NCBI GenBank assembly: GCA_965240325.2
Contig: OZ251227.1
Location: 744,001-808,000 of the forward strand
Source of the DNA: Rebecca billardiae RCC1528
Taxonomy: Eukaryota; Protista; Haptophyta
Length of the DNA stretch: 64,000 nt
Reading direction: 5' to 3'
A program made the translations under genes and the position numbers. This document shows positions 1 to 12,036 of this stretch, in pieces (position 1 is the stretch's first letter; every line of letters begins with the position of its first letter). The notes under the pieces were generated by a model that was not told where the DNA came from, ran no database searches, and saw nothing but the letters and a program-made list of their open reading frames with translations.

Positions 1-507
1 AGCTTCGTCGCCGGAGCCGACCCCATCTTCCTCGCGTTTGCGCCGGGCGCGAGCCAGGGCCTCGGCCTCGGGCAGGGGCGCGTCGTCAAGCTTGGCGGCG
101 CCGTGGTGCACACGATGCATGGCTGCGCACCGTCGCCCGTCGCGCGCATCGCGGGCGAGCAGGTGCGCACGCACCACGTCAAGGTCGACTGCGGCATGGG
201 AAGGCCGGCGGAGTGGCCTGCCCGCATGGCCGGCGGCGGCGCGGCGGCTGGGCCGACGGGCCTGCCGTTCGTGCAGCTCGTCGTCGGCGATAGCCAGTGC
301 CTGCCGGCCGACGCGCCCTTCCCCGCGGCGGCCACGTTCGTCGTGGACGCGCAGGCGAGTGCCCTCTTCGAGTACACACGGCATGCCGCCATGGCACCCG
401 GGCTGGCGAGGGCGATGGGGGCTGAGATCGGTGATGGTGTGACGCTGGCGGAGCCCGATCCGGCAGCCCTCCAGGCCATGCGCGACGGCCTGATCAACCG
501 CCTCTGA
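1..507 (+). CDS. 3' part of a host gene of unknown function, truncated by the window start
   Basis: Frame 1 is open from base 1 to TGA at 505-507 with GC3-rich codons (SFVAGADPIFLAF...AMRDGLINRL), followed by AT-rich sequence. Confidence 0.6.
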   Translation, partial: SFVAGADPIFLAFAPGASQGLGLGQGRVVKLGGAVVHTMHGCAPSPVARIAGEQVRTHHVKVDCGMGRPAEWPARMAGGGAAAGPTGLPFVQLVVGDSQCLPADAPFPAAATFVVDAQASALFEYTRHAAMAPGLARAMGAEIGDGVTLAEPDPAALQAMRDGLINRL

Positions 508-574
508 GCTACTGAGACATTGCGACGATATGAATAAATAATACTGTTATTCAATAAGACGGTGACGATTAACA

Positions 575-577
<3 letters not shown>

Positions 578-645
<68 letters not shown>
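578..645. repeat. (TA)n microsatellite
   Basis: Directly visible. Confidence 0.95.
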
Positions 646-922
646 TAACGACGTGGTGATGCAACGTCGCAGGCGTCAAAGTCAGCAAGCTGTAGCAGCA
701 TCAGATCGAGCAGCAGAGTCAAACACTCAAACACCAGGATCAGCGCTCCTCGCCGTCGTCCCCCCCCCCCTCGTAGTCGCCCATCACTCCATCGCCGTGA
801 GCGGAAGCTCGACGCACCGTCTGGCGTCGACGCGCGCGCGCCACCGCGGTGGTCGCGGTGCCACGCGTCGTCAGCCGTCGTCTCGAAGTAGTCGTCGTAT
901 GCAGCGCCCCCGCGGGCGCGTG

Positions 923-3900
923 CATTGCGTCAATCTGAGGTGGGCCGAAACGAGTGTTTGGCAGACGTCGAGGAAAAAACATGGCCGCCCCTGATTGGCT
1001 GAGGCTTTAACACCCTTCAATAGCGCTCGAGAGCGCAAGATTCCCGTAATAGGGAGGTCCGCAGGGACTCTTCAATCTTCCCATCGTCGCGCTTCGAGGA
1101 CCAGCTCCAGCTCCGCCTTCCGACCGAGCCACCGAGGGGAGGTGAAGCTGGCGCCCTGGCCTTTCCCGGTCGAACACCTGCTCGCTACTACAGCTCGGGC
1201 TGCGGTCCGAACACGGCGTGGCAGAATGGCGCCAAGCAGTAAGGTGATGGACGCGGCTGGGCGTTGACCGTTGCCCAAGACCGGCGGGTGCTGCGCGGTA
1301 AATTGCTCGTGCGCGGCGGGCCGGTCAGTTGGAGTCCGCGCTCCGCAGCGCGGAGCACGTGAAGCGAACAGAGTGTCCGCAGCCACAGATGCGGTGGTCA
1401 GCTCATGCAGGTTCGTGATCAACCAGTTCTCGCGCGGCCATCAACACCGCCACGCCCTGCCCCTGATCATCTCGTCGCTCGAGAACCCGCGCGAGCGGGA
1501 AATGGATGGGTCGGGCATGGCGGGCATCGAGTCCTACCTCTTCTTGCAGTGCTCCCTGCAGCCGCAGTCACTGCTCGACAGCATGGGTGGTGCAGTCAGG
1601 TCGGGAGCACCGTCAGAGCCCATTGCCTTGCCAAGGCTGGTGTACTTTGACCGAAGCCACTTCTGCGCGGAGGCGGCTGGTGACGCCATCATTGCCAATC
1701 GCGCCGGCCGCGAGTCACATTCAACACCGACGACGAGGCGAGGCGCGGAAGAAGCTGCGGTGGCTGCTGCTGTACAGGTCCGGGGTGCCCAAGACTAGGG
1801 CGATAACGGCCATCCTACGGTGCTGCCCGGTGAGAACGTGCTCCGATGATCATCCGATGATCATAGTGTCTGTGCGCCGCGCCGACAGGCACCCCCGCCG
1901 CGGCACTATTCTCGTGCAGTGCTGCCCGGCGGTGAGAACGTGCTCTGATAATCATGATAGCAGTCTGCGTCTGTGCGCCGCCGGGCACCGCCACTTTTCC
2001 CGTGCAGCGTCGAGCTAGTGGTTTTTAGATCCGTGCGCCCACGACGTAGTGCGCTGGCGTCGGGCTCCGCGCGACGGCCACGGCTGAGGCACCCAGAATA
2101 GCGGGCTCATCCGATTCGATCCTCACTCATACGTCGATCATCGGAGTCACTTCGATCTTCCGTTTCAATCACCATGCATGCCGTAGTCGTATAGTCGTGT
2201 ATATTCCTGACAGGCTCATCAGCGCCTGCGGCCCTACGGTTTAAAAGTGAATAATATCGTACGTAGTACTGGGGCAGGGCACCCGGCGCGGAGTGACTCG
2301 GCGCGTGTGCCGTGACCGGCGGCGGCCCGCGGCGTCACGGCGTGCCTCACCCGGCGCGCGTGCCGACCGGCGGCGGCCCGCGGCGTCACGGCGTGCCTCG
2401 CATGGCATCAGATTCAGACAGCAGCAGACTAAATACGGTGACTCTGCTGCAGTGTAAGGCGGTTCTCCGCCACGCTGATCGAGTGATCGAGCACGTGCTT
2501 GCTTCCCGGCGAGCGGCGCGGGCGGCGGCGACGTGATCATAATCACATCACAGTGTCTAGTAGTGTCAGCAGCTATACTGACGATTACTGTCGTCTCGTC
2601 ATACTGTAGTACGCAGCTCGTCAGTCAACGCCTGCTGGCGGCTCGTCAGTCGACGCCTGCTGGCGGCGCTCACCACGACTCACACCAGGCTTACTTGCGA
2701 CGATTGGCATCAGCATAGTAGATCAATCATGCAGCGTCGGAGTTCGTCACTACGTCGACGCGGCCGGGGACTCGGACAGCCGCCATAACTACATTGTTGT
2801 TAGACTTACTCGGCGGAGTCAGAGTCGTCGGAGACTAAAGTTACGGCGGCCGGACGCACTCATCAGTGTCGATCGACAATTGACGACATCCCGGACCATA
2901 TCAACGGCGCGGCCCGCGCGGGCAGCACGGTCTGACTAAAGAGGTCATCGTCATCAGACTCAGCAGCCTCGGACGGCACGACGCAGTAGACGGCCACGGG
3001 GACGCCGCGGCCGCGCTGATGCTGCAAGTAGCGTAGTATATGTGATGATGTAGAAAACGAGCCGTTGCGCTCGTCAAAAGTCCGAGGGCGAGGCCACCGC
3101 GCCCGCGGGACCGGCGTCGACCGCAGATCAGGTGTCGTCGGACAGCTGACTGACGGCGGCGGCGTGGCCGGCGCAGGCGTCGCCCGGCCGCGGCCTTGGC
3201 CCGCGCAGTCATTGACGGCACTCGGTCCCGTGGCATCCGAAGGCAGTGTCACAGACCATGATGGCGGCATACATCCGCGAGTCACACCCGCGGCCCCGCC
3301 GCCGTCCGCGTCCGCGCGCCGATGATGGCGGTCTGGCCGCGCGCGACACGGTCGTTCTTCTCCGGCGGATCCCAATCATGCTGCGGTGGAGGCGGCGACG
3401 GAGGCGGTTCGAAGCCGCGTCTGCCAGCGTGGAAGCGCGGGGCGGCGCTGCGGCAGAAGGTGGCTGCGCCACTCCAGCTGCCGCCCAATGCGCCGTGGAT
3501 ATGCACGCGCGCTCCTTATGTGCGCAGTCGCGGGCGAGGCTCACCGCCGAGCCGGGTAAGCACCCTCCGCCTACTTGACTGTCGGCCTGTCGACATGCTC
3601 TGCACGAGGACCCCGCGCCTTGCGCGCAGATGGCCAGCAGGCACACCGTTCCATCACCGATCACGGCGCCGCTGCTTGAGTGGCGAGCGCGAGCGCGACC
3701 GACAGCGCCGGCGCGCCGGGCCTGCGCCGTTCTGATGCCGCATGCAGCGCATGCGCTGCCACCAGCGAGGCCGTGGCGGGCTGCGATTGCCGCGCTCCAG
3801 CCGCCGCTGCACGCGGCACGGATGGCACAGCACGTGCCTCCACATAGTGGTCGTGGCTGACGGTAGCCGCCTCGTCGGCCTGTGGCGTCGGCGTCCTCAA

Positions 3901-5146
3901 GTCCGCCTGCCGCAGTCGGCCTGCAGCAGCGGGCAGCGGAGAGGGTGTGGTGCAGCGCAGCGGTGACCGAGACGGAGAGGGCCACGCAGCCGGGCGCAGA
4001 TAAGCATGGGTTGGACGCTCCCTTCGCCACGCTCATGAACGACGACCTGCAACATCCCGCTGGCACTCAACGCCATCAAGGAAGCGTGAGCGCTCTCGTC
4101 TGACGAAATCGCGCAAAAGTGTTCCTCTGATACGCCGGACTCGTCGTCGCCCCCCGGCCAAGGGCCGTAAGGGCACTCAACCCCCAGTGCGAAAGGCTCG
4201 GAGGTTGGGGGGGGTCTGTTTGTCTCTGTGGCCTGCGTCGCCGCCCGGCGTGCTTCGGTTCTCCCTCTCGCCACGGGCGGCGATGCCGAACCCGGACGGC
4301 TCGCCGCTGAGCGGCGCGGGTCGAGGCTCTCCTGGCACCCGTGTGAGTCCGCGAGGCTCGCCTCTTTCGCCTCTCGGCCCGTGCAATCGGCCGTTGCCAA
4401 CGCGGCGCGCGAGCTCACTCGTGCCGTGCGCGCCAGCAGCAAACGGAGCGCTCGGGCTGCCTGCACCGGGCACGCAGGGGCAAGCGTGGGCGTGCGCTGC
4501 GCCAGGCAGCGCGCAGCCGGCTGCGCGCGCGCTGCGCCTCGACAGTAACCTCGGCCATGTCCGCCTGACTCACTTCCGTTCCCGGCGGTCGGCCGCTCGA
4601 CTCACGTCGCGCGTCGTGGCCTCAGCCGAGCCTGCGCTCGCCGCCCACGTGCGCAGTCGCCGCCGCGCTCGCCGCGGGGCCGCTCGCCCCCACCTCCGCC
4701 TCCACCTCCGCCTCGCCATCAGCACTGTCCGCCTCGCCCGCCGCGCGCCGCCCGCCGCGGCGCCCCGTCATGCCCGCACCGGCCGCACCCGGCTCGCCTC
4801 CCACGTCTTCGGCTGGCAGGCCACTCGCGGATGCGAGCACAACAGACCCCCCCCAACCTCCGCACTGGGGGTTGGGTGCCCTTACGGCCCTTGCCCCGGC
4901 CTCCTCCCTGCAGGATCTACGGCTTTGGACGTGTGTGCCTTTGGCCTCTTTCGCTGACATGATTAGTGCTTTCGCGAGACTCTGATTCCAACCTGCTCAG
5001 TTTTCATTGTCTTTCATGGGACTTTACTCAAAATGTGGGTGACATGGTTCACTCGTTTCGGCCAATGGGAGCACTGCTTTCGTGATTTTCGAGAGCCTCC
5101 CTTTTTCGCGAACACTCGTTTCGCCCCACAAGAAATTAACGCAATG
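923..5146 (-). mobile_element. Non-autonomous TIR DNA element, family A, copy 1 (inverted relative to copies 2 and 3; carries a nested P-like MITE)
   Basis: Ends CATTGCGTCAATCTGAGGTGGGCCGAAACGAGTGTT ... AACACTCGTTTCGCCCCACAAGAAATTAACGCAATG (imperfect TIR). Near-identical reverse complement of 23212-26696 and 60435-63919. No transposase ORF recognised. Confidence 0.85.
4159..4893. mobile_element. P-element-like MITE (735 bp) nested in family A copy 1
   Basis: TIR CAAGGGCCGTAAGGGCACYCAACCCCCAGTGCG...; 7-bp TSD CCCCGGC at 4152-4158 and 4894-4900. The empty site is visible in copies 2 and 3. Confidence 0.9.
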
Positions 5147-5294
5147 GCCCCCGGGCGCACGTGCGCCATGCGCGCGCGGGCGATGAGCATCTTGGCCTGG
5201 CCACGCAGGCAGCGCATGCCCAGCTCGCGCCGCATGGTGCCGAGCAGCGCGCGCTCGGCGGCGGCGGGCGGGGCGCGAGGGCGCGCTGAGGCGC

Positions 5295-5317
5295 ATATAT
5301 ATATATATATATATATA
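5295..5317. repeat. (TA)n microsatellite
   Basis: Directly visible. Confidence 0.9.
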
Positions 5318-6132
5318 CACAGTGAACAAAAACGGGATTATCGTTACCGTAACCCGTCCGACACGAGCCGATTTTCGGGGAAATTCTCGCGCGGGCCGCA
5401 CGAGCGCACATACGACGCTACGGTGGTCGCGCAGGCGCCTGGCGAGTGCCCCAGGCATGGGACTGCAACATCCCACCCAGCCTCCCCATCCCTCCGCCCC
5501 TCTCTGCCTCGCCGGGTTGCACGCGGCTGGCCGGTCACGTAGCTCGTGGTGAGCCATTCGTGAGCGTGGAGCCCTGCTGCTCAGTGCGGCGATGCAGCGA
5601 GGCGAAGCGGCGCGTAAGATGGCGCATCTTACTCCGAATGCAGTCTGCTGCCAGCACAGCCGCCCTCGCCGGAGTGCCTGGTCGTCACCTTCGTTGTGTG
5701 CACCTGTCGCGCGCTGCTGTGAACAAGCGAAGTCTCAGGCCTCCCCGGAGCCATTCAAACACGCTCGTCCTCGACGAGGCGTGCGCGAGGCACCGCGCGA
5801 GCGCGGGAGCGGCTCTTCCTAGCATACTCCTGCACGGCCATCCACCTCGCCACAGCCTGCCATGTCACACTCCTCCCCGCACGCAGTGCTCGCATGCCGC
5901 GTGCAAGTCGGTCGACTGACCTGGTAGGAGGGTGCACAGAAATATTCGACTGCGAGGAGACGGCAGCGAGCCCACGCGCGCGGCGCCGTCCCACGCTTCA
6001 TTGTGCTGTTCTAGACCAGTCGCGCGCCCGCGGCACCGCGCCCGCCATCTCCGCGTCGCGTGCCAGTCCACGCCGCGCGCGTGGCTCTCGACGTGTGCGT
6101 CGAGGGCGTCGTGCGTCGGATTCGTACCCGCA

Positions 6133-6430
6133 TGTATTCAACAAATACGACAAATCGCCGAGCTGAACGCACGTCGTCGCGCGATGTCATGGTCGCGCTG
6201 TGTGGCGTCGCTCGCCGCAGGAAATTCGGTACGCGACGAGAGCACGGCGCACGCGCACGGCGCGGCGTGGGAGGCGGGGTGGTGGTGTCCTCGAGCCATC
6301 CCGCCCGCGCCGCGGTGCGCCAGCCACCACCTCGCCGCGCCGTGGCCCATGCCGCGTTGCAGGTGTCGACCAGACCGACCTTGCCGCCCAAAAGAGGGCC
6401 GCACCAGAAATTCTGTATTTGTTGAATACA
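6133..6430. mobile_element. Possible ~300-bp MITE
   Basis: Perfect 16-bp AT-rich inverted repeat TGTATTCAACAAATAC / GTATTTGTTGAATACA around a GC-rich interior; no clear TSD. Confidence 0.4.
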
Positions 6431-6874
6431 GACTTACCCACGTGCCCGCGATGCGGCGGCGCCCATGGCGGCGGCGTGGCGCGGCGGCGGCGGCGCGGGC
6501 AGCCTGACGGGCCAGATAGGGCGCGCCAGGTCGGGGCGATCGTGATGGGATGGTTCCATACGCATCAGTGCGTGCTCCTGTGCATCTCAAGAGCGCGCTG
6601 GGCGCCCTCTCTCGCGCCTATGCCCATCCCGCGCGGTCTGAGAAGCCTCCCGGTTTGGCCATTGTCGTGCCGTGCTCGGTCGTGGCTGCCCGGCGGGTCG
6701 GAGAGGTCGAGGCGAGCCGGGTCGTTCGCGACGGGACGATTTAAAAGGCCGCAATCTCGCGCGTGCAAATCTGAAATCTCAAATCTCATCGTCGCCGTTT
6801 CGAGACACGCTGTTGCGCACACGCTGTGCGACTTCACGCCCTCTTCGCGACCGTTCCACGGGACGCGCGTGCTC

Positions 6875-7951
6875 ATGACGCTCATCCGCCGTGACTCGTT
6901 CTCGCGCATCCGGCGGGGCAACGCGACGTACGCCCCGCAGGACTCGCCGCCTGTCACCAAATCTTCACCTGCCGCGGAGGCTGGCACGGCGGCGGCAGAG
7001 GAGGGCATGAAGGCGCACCTCGTGCGCCGCACAAGCTTTGGCCGAGTGCGGAGGGCAGGCCGCCTGCCCACGGCGCAGCCATCCGTCAAGCCGTCGGACC
7101 AGCCATCTCAGACCTCCGAGGTTGCACCAAACGCTGATCGGACGGACGCCTCAAGCACCTCGTCCGATGACGGGCGCGCGTCGGATGAGACGCCAGTCCC
7201 CGGGCCTGTGCCGCCCGTGCCGCCAGGGTCGTCCGCAGGAGTGCAGGCGGAGGAGGACGAGAGCTCGGAGGACGAGTACGAGGATGACTTCGAGGACATC
7301 GAGGAGGAAGAGTGGGTCCCCCTGGACGAGGTGGAGGAGCAAGTGCGCCTCGCGCTCGACGAGCAGAAGGCTGCGCACGCCGCTGAGCTGGAGCAGCTGC
7401 GGGCTGAGCTGGCGCGCGCCCAGAAGGCTGCGGCCGGTGCGGCCACGCGCGAGGGCCCGAGCCGCGCCGAGCTCGTCCGCGCCGTACGCGAGGCGACGAC
7501 CGCGGAGCTCGGGGCGGCCGTGGCGGCTGCGCGCAGCGCGGCCATCGCCGAGGCGGCGCGTGTCGACGCCCTGCGCGAGGAGCTGGCTGCCGCGCGCGCG
7601 AGCGCTGCCGCCGAGGCCGCGCGCGCGGACGCACTGCGTGCGGAGCTGGACTCCATCACGCGCGCGCGCGATGCGTCCGCGCGCGCGCTCCGCTCGGTCC
7701 TCGGCCCCGATGCGGACGCTGCCGTCGATCAGGAGTTTGTCGACGCGCCCCTCAGCCTCATGCTTCCAGCTGGCATGCTCGATGGCCCGCGATGCGGCGT
7801 GTGTGAGCGCGCTCGGGGCGGCGCGTGCATGTGTCACAGTGGCGAGCGCAGCCACTGCGACGAGCCAACGAGCCCGCGCACGCCACAGCCGTCGTCTCCA
7901 CGGGCGCGCACAACGGCTTTTGGCGAGGTCCTGTCGAGCGATGCCGCCTGA
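6875..7951 (+). CDS. Hypothetical protein: Ser/Pro-rich N-terminus, acidic tract, Ala-rich coiled coil, C-terminal Cys cluster
   Basis: ATG at 6875 lies in the 6200-7951 ORF. Motifs EEDESSEDEYEDDFEDIEEEE, heptad-like AELEQLRAELARA, and CGVC..CMCH. Confidence 0.65.
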   Translation: MTLIRRDSFSRIRRGNATYAPQDSPPVTKSSPAAEAGTAAAEEGMKAHLVRRTSFGRVRRAGRLPTAQPSVKPSDQPSQTSEVAPNADRTDASSTSSDDGRASDETPVPGPVPPVPPGSSAGVQAEEDESSEDEYEDDFEDIEEEEWVPLDEVEEQVRLALDEQKAAHAAELEQLRAELARAQKAAAGAATREGPSRAELVRAVREATTAELGAAVAAARSAAIAEAARVDALREELAAARASAAAEAARADALRAELDSITRARDASARALRSVLGPDADAAVDQEFVDAPLSLMLPAGMLDGPRCGVCERARGGACMCHSGERSHCDEPTSPRTPQPSSPRARTTAFGEVLSSDAA

Positions 7952-8312
7952 GCGCAGGCCAAATAATCCGCAGCGTCCGGTACCGGTTATAAGTCATTCT
8001 AGATTTCTAGCCCCCCCGCGGCGCCCCCGCCGGCCCCTGCGCCCACTCGGCCCAGTACAGGCTCTATCTGACTGACTGACTCTACAGGAAATCTGATCGA
8101 TCTACATACAGGTGAATCGCTGATGATCATCTGGAATCGATCTGATGCCAAGAGCGTCGGACCGTGAGACCGAGTCCGAGTCTGGCGTCTTATGCTCGCG
8201 AGACTCACGTCGACTCACGCGTCGAGAGTCGAGTACTCCGGGACTCCGGACTGTCACTGTCACTGGGGCCGGGGACAGGCGGACTCAGGCCCCACCGGCC
8301 GCGCCGGCGGCA

Positions 8313-9620
8313 TCAGTTGCTGCTGTCGTTGCATTCCGGCGACGACGACTGTGCTGCGGCGCGACGCTGGACGGCTGCGCTGGACCCGTGTGCAGCTTGA
8401 GCCGTGCTGCGGCTGCCAACGCCGACGGTGCTCGCGCTGGCATCGCCACCATGATCATTGCCGCGATGGCCATTGAGCGACAACGCACCGGACACTGCGG
8501 GGTCGGCTGCTGATGCGGGTGACGATTCGCCAGAGCGCCCACCGTAGCCGAGCTTGTCCAGAGTGTCCGCGTCGATGTGCTCGCGGAGCTCGTCTTCGAA
8601 GCCGCTCGTCCCAAAGATGCGCACCTTCTTGGCCGTCCGCTCGGAGAGTACCGTCTCGACGGCGCGCCACACGAGCGCGAAGAAGGGCGGCGCGTTCACG
8701 ACGACCAGCTTGAGAGCGGACTCGGGGTAGTAGTTGATGGCGATCGAGAGCACCTGGCGCACGAGCGCGATGCCGCGCCGACCGTCGTACGAGAGCACGA
8801 CCGCGAGCGCCAGCCCGGACAAGTCCTTCACCTGAAGGTTCTGCACCAGCCGGCCGTGCCGCTCCGACTCGCGGTCCATCCAGAGGCAGCGCAGCTCGAA
8901 GAAGTGGCGGAAGAAGTCGTGCAGCCGCTCGGGCCCGAGCTCGCGGAAGACGGCGGCGACGTCCGCGCGGCCGATGTTGTCGCGGGAGATCAGGTGCCCA
9001 TCGCGCGTGCGCCCAACGAGCAGCGTCGTCGGGTAGAAGCGCGAGAGCAGCTCGCCGTGCGGCAGCGCCTCGACCGCGAGCGGAAGCTCCACGACAGCGT
9101 CGCGCACGTCGTCCATCGCGTGCTCCGCGCGCCAGCGCAGCATGCGGCGGTACTGCGCGAGCGCCTCGTCCACCGAGCCATACCCGCGCACGAAACGGAG
9201 GATTCGGATCTCACTCGAGCACTCGGGCGAGCGAACATCTACGAGCAGGTCCGCCGAAGCCGAACGGATCGCGTCGATGGCAGCACGCTCCTCAGCCGAG
9301 GCAAGCGGTTGCGTCTCGCCCGGCGGCAGCTCTGCGAATGCGAGCCCTGCAATCCCATCCGGCAGGGTGGGAGCTGGCCCAGCATCGGCAGGGAGCTGCT
9401 GGGGGGTGTCGCTGCCGCCGGTGTCCATGCCACCAGAACTGCCGCGTGGGATGCTCGCGGCAGTGCGCCCGGCACTCACGACGGTCGGGCGCGCCTGTGA
9501 GGCGTGCTGGGCAAACCGTAGGCTGACGACCACAAGCGTCGCAAGCGCGAGGCTGAGCACCACGTGCGCCGGCGGCGGATGACTCCCCTGCTCGAGGGTG
9601 TCCGCCGATGCCGCAGCCAT
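8313..9620 (-). CDS. CRAL-TRIO / Sec14-like lipid-binding protein with an N-terminal hydrophobic segment
   Basis: ILRFVRG..RRMLRWR (CRAL-TRIO N), GRTRDGH, DLSGL, NYYPESALKLVVVNAPPFFALVW, LSERTAKKVRI, YGG. Confidence 0.9.
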   Translation of the reverse strand: MAAASADTLEQGSHPPPAHVVLSLALATLVVVSLRFAQHASQARPTVVSAGRTAASIPRGSSGGMDTGGSDTPQQLPADAGPAPTLPDGIAGLAFAELPPGETQPLASAEERAAIDAIRSASADLLVDVRSPECSSEIRILRFVRGYGSVDEALAQYRRMLRWRAEHAMDDVRDAVVELPLAVEALPHGELLSRFYPTTLLVGRTRDGHLISRDNIGRADVAAVFRELGPERLHDFFRHFFELRCLWMDRESERHGRLVQNLQVKDLSGLALAVVLSYDGRRGIALVRQVLSIAINYYPESALKLVVVNAPPFFALVWRAVETVLSERTAKKVRIFGTSGFEDELREHIDADTLDKLGYGGRSGESSPASAADPAVSGALSLNGHRGNDHGGDASASTVGVGSRSTAQAAHGSSAAVQRRAAAQSSSPECNDSSN

Positions 9621-10269
9621 GCGCGAGGCCCACGAGCGCTTGACAAAATCGTCGTCTCAAATCTGCCAAGGCGGGAGATGGGGATTGGGGAGCCGCCGAA
9701 ACGTTTTTACGGCTACAGTATGGTATATTGTACCAGGTATCTCCAGTCCTGCTTGAATCTGCTCGATCGTCGTCGGGACTTCGAATTCGATCGCCCACGC
9801 CGAGGGCAGAGGGCTGCGCGCCGGCCGCCGGGGCGCCGCGCCCGGCGGCCCGGGACCGGCCTGCCGGGCTACGCGATGCGGGGCGGCTTACCCCCATACT
9901 ACTACAGAGTACAGACGGAGTGTGCCAGAGCTCGAAGCAGTCCGGAAGCTGCGAGTACGACTGAGGCGAGTGCGAGGCGCAATCCGAGTATCACTATCAG
10001 TATTCAGTAATCCCGGAGGCCGGACACCGACATCCGTCGGCTTATCTTAATCTGGGCATCCGCCCGCATCGAGCTGCCAGTGCATGTCGTCAGCGCTGCT
10101 GGCAAGTGGTGGCCACGATGGTGACGATGCCGACGACGAGGAGCACGCCGTCACCCACGGTTAACATCATGCGCGAAGGAAGGGGGCGAGAGGCCGAGCT
10201 GCAGCTGCGACGCACGCACCGTCCGACACTGACAGCCAAGGCATGATCCGACGGCAAGATGGCAAAGGA

Positions 10270-11181
10270 TCAGTCCACCTTGCCCATCGCCACCCCCGCC
10301 TGTACGGCACGCGCGACGCAGAGGTCGAGCGACCTCTGCATACGGCTCTCGCACATCGCACAGAGCGCAGCTGCGTCCATCTCCGGCTTTTCGACGTGCG
10401 CGTTCCAGTCCTCGACAGCGAAGACGTCCGCAATAATGGTCGACGGGAGACCGCCCATCTGAGCAGCGGGTGGCCAAAACACGTGGTTCCCGTACATGGT
10501 GAGACCGAATATGGGGACGCCGAGCTCCGCAATCATTTGGAAAGTGCCTCGCCGGAACGACAGCAACTTCGTCGGGTCCTTGCGATTGATGCCCCCCTCT
10601 GGACAGAAGGCGAGCACACCGCCGCCCGCCAGGTGCGCGCGCACGGTCTGCGTCACCTTGGCCTGCCTCTCCTTGTCGACGGAGAAGGAGTTGTTGTCCG
10701 TCTCGCGCACGAAGTAGACGGGCAGGTGTCCGAGCCGCGTGAAGACGCCGCCGAGCACGGGCACGCTGAACAGGCTGCTCTTCATCAGGGTGCGCGTGCG
10801 CTCGATCACGCGGAACGGCGTGAGCGCAGAGAAGAGGAAGCCGTCCATGTACGACGTGTGGTTGACCATGACGACGGCGCCACGCTTCATGGCCTCGTTG
10901 GGGATGACGCGGATCCAGTCCTCATTCGAAGGGGCGTTGTCGAGCGAGGCCCACGGGCAGAGCTTAAACACGATGCAGAAGAGCAGGTGGCATATGCGCT
11001 CGCTCCACTCAAACTTCCCTCGCTTCGACGGGACGACGAGGTGCACCACGGGCAGCGTGACGGTGAGCGTCATCACGAGCCAGAAGAAGCACAGGCCGAA
11101 CCAGACTTGCTTGAAGAACAAGGCGAGCACCAAGCACACTCCACCGCCTGCGAGGGACGAGGCGGCGAGCAGCGACATCAT
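10270..11181 (-). CDS. 1-acyl-sn-glycerol-3-phosphate acyltransferase (PlsC/LPAAT family)
   Basis: NHTSYMD (HX4D) and FCPEGG motifs, FRRGTF, N-terminal TM segments. Start placed at ATG 11181 (MMSLLA). Confidence 0.9.
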   Translation of the reverse strand: MMSLLAASSLAGGGVCLVLALFFKQVWFGLCFFWLVMTLTVTLPVVHLVVPSKRGKFEWSERICHLLFCIVFKLCPWASLDNAPSNEDWIRVIPNEAMKRGAVVMVNHTSYMDGFLFSALTPFRVIERTRTLMKSSLFSVPVLGGVFTRLGHLPVYFVRETDNNSFSVDKERQAKVTQTVRAHLAGGGVLAFCPEGGINRKDPTKLLSFRRGTFQMIAELGVPIFGLTMYGNHVFWPPAAQMGGLPSTIIADVFAVEDWNAHVEKPEMDAAALCAMCESRMQRSLDLCVARAVQAGVAMGKVD

Positions 11182-11445
11182 GGCGGCCACCACGTGCGTC
11201 CCTTTCGAAGCTTGCAAGCTGCCACTGCCGACCGTGCCCCCGCGCGGGTCCGGAGTTCCAGAGTGGCTCGATCCGGTCGAGCCACAGCCAGCGCGCAATA
11301 TACGGCCCGCCATTCGCAAACCTGCGCCAGGAAGTCCGGTGCTGAGCAACCTTTGGGCCGCAAGCGGACCAGATCTCTGCGCAGGGCTCGTGGCAGCCGA
11401 GCACCTCGCGCCCTCGAGCCGAGCAGCGCCGAGGCACTCGCGCCG

Positions 11446-12036
11446 ATGAGGCCACCTATGGGCGGTGGATTCCGGGGCCGAGGCGGGGGCGACCGTGGCG
11501 GCCGCGGAGGTGGCGGCCGCGGAGGAGGTCGCGGCTTTGGCGGCCGGGGTGGCTTCCGTGACGAGGGCCCGCCCGACTCGGTGATCGAGTTTGGCAACTT
11601 CATGCACGCCTGCGAAGGGGACATGGTGGTGAAGCACACGATCGAGAAGGTCCCGTACTTCAACGCGCCCATCTACCTCCAGAACAAGTCGCAGATCGGC
11701 AAGGTCGACGAGATCCTGGGCCAGATCACCGAGGCGTTCTCGAGTGTCAAGCCGTCGGACGGCATCGTGGCGTCCTCGTTCAAGCCGGGTGACAAGCTGT
11801 ACATCAACCCGGAGAAGCTGCTGCCGCTCCAGCGCTTCCTGCCCCAGCCCAAAGGGGCGGGCGGCGGTGCGCGTGGCGGGAGGGGTGGCGGTCGTGGCGG
11901 CGGCCGTGGTGGTGGCCGCGGACGGGGTGGCTTCTCGCCCGGCGGGCGTGGCGGTGGCCGCTTCGGCGGCGGCGGGCGTGGTGGTGGGCGCGGCGGTGGG
12001 CGTGGCTTCTCGCCGCGCGGCCGCGGGCGTGGATGA
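11446..12036 (+). CDS. GAR1: H/ACA snoRNP subunit GAR1
   Basis: RGG-rich ends flank the core [21 protein letters not shown]...[24 protein letters not shown]...[10 protein letters not shown]. Confidence 0.97.
   Translation: MRPPMGGGFRGRGGGDRGGRGGGGRGGGRGFGGRGGFRDEGPPDSVIEFGNFMHACEGDMVVKHTIEKVPYFNAPIYLQNKSQIGKVDEILGQITEAFSSVKPSDGIVASSFKPGDKLYINPEKLLPLQRFLPQPKGAGGGARGGRGGGRGGGRGGGRGRGGFSPGGRGGGRFGGGGRGGGRGGGRGFSPRGRGRG

Noticed and set aside
5318-5400. CACAGTG transposon end next to (TA)n
   Set aside because: No matching opposite end found in the window; the CACTGTG at 13488 does not extend the match.
10243-12036. 597-aa ORF as one protein
   Set aside because: The first ~400 codons are the antisense shadow of the PlsC gene; only the GAR1 part from 11446 is credible.
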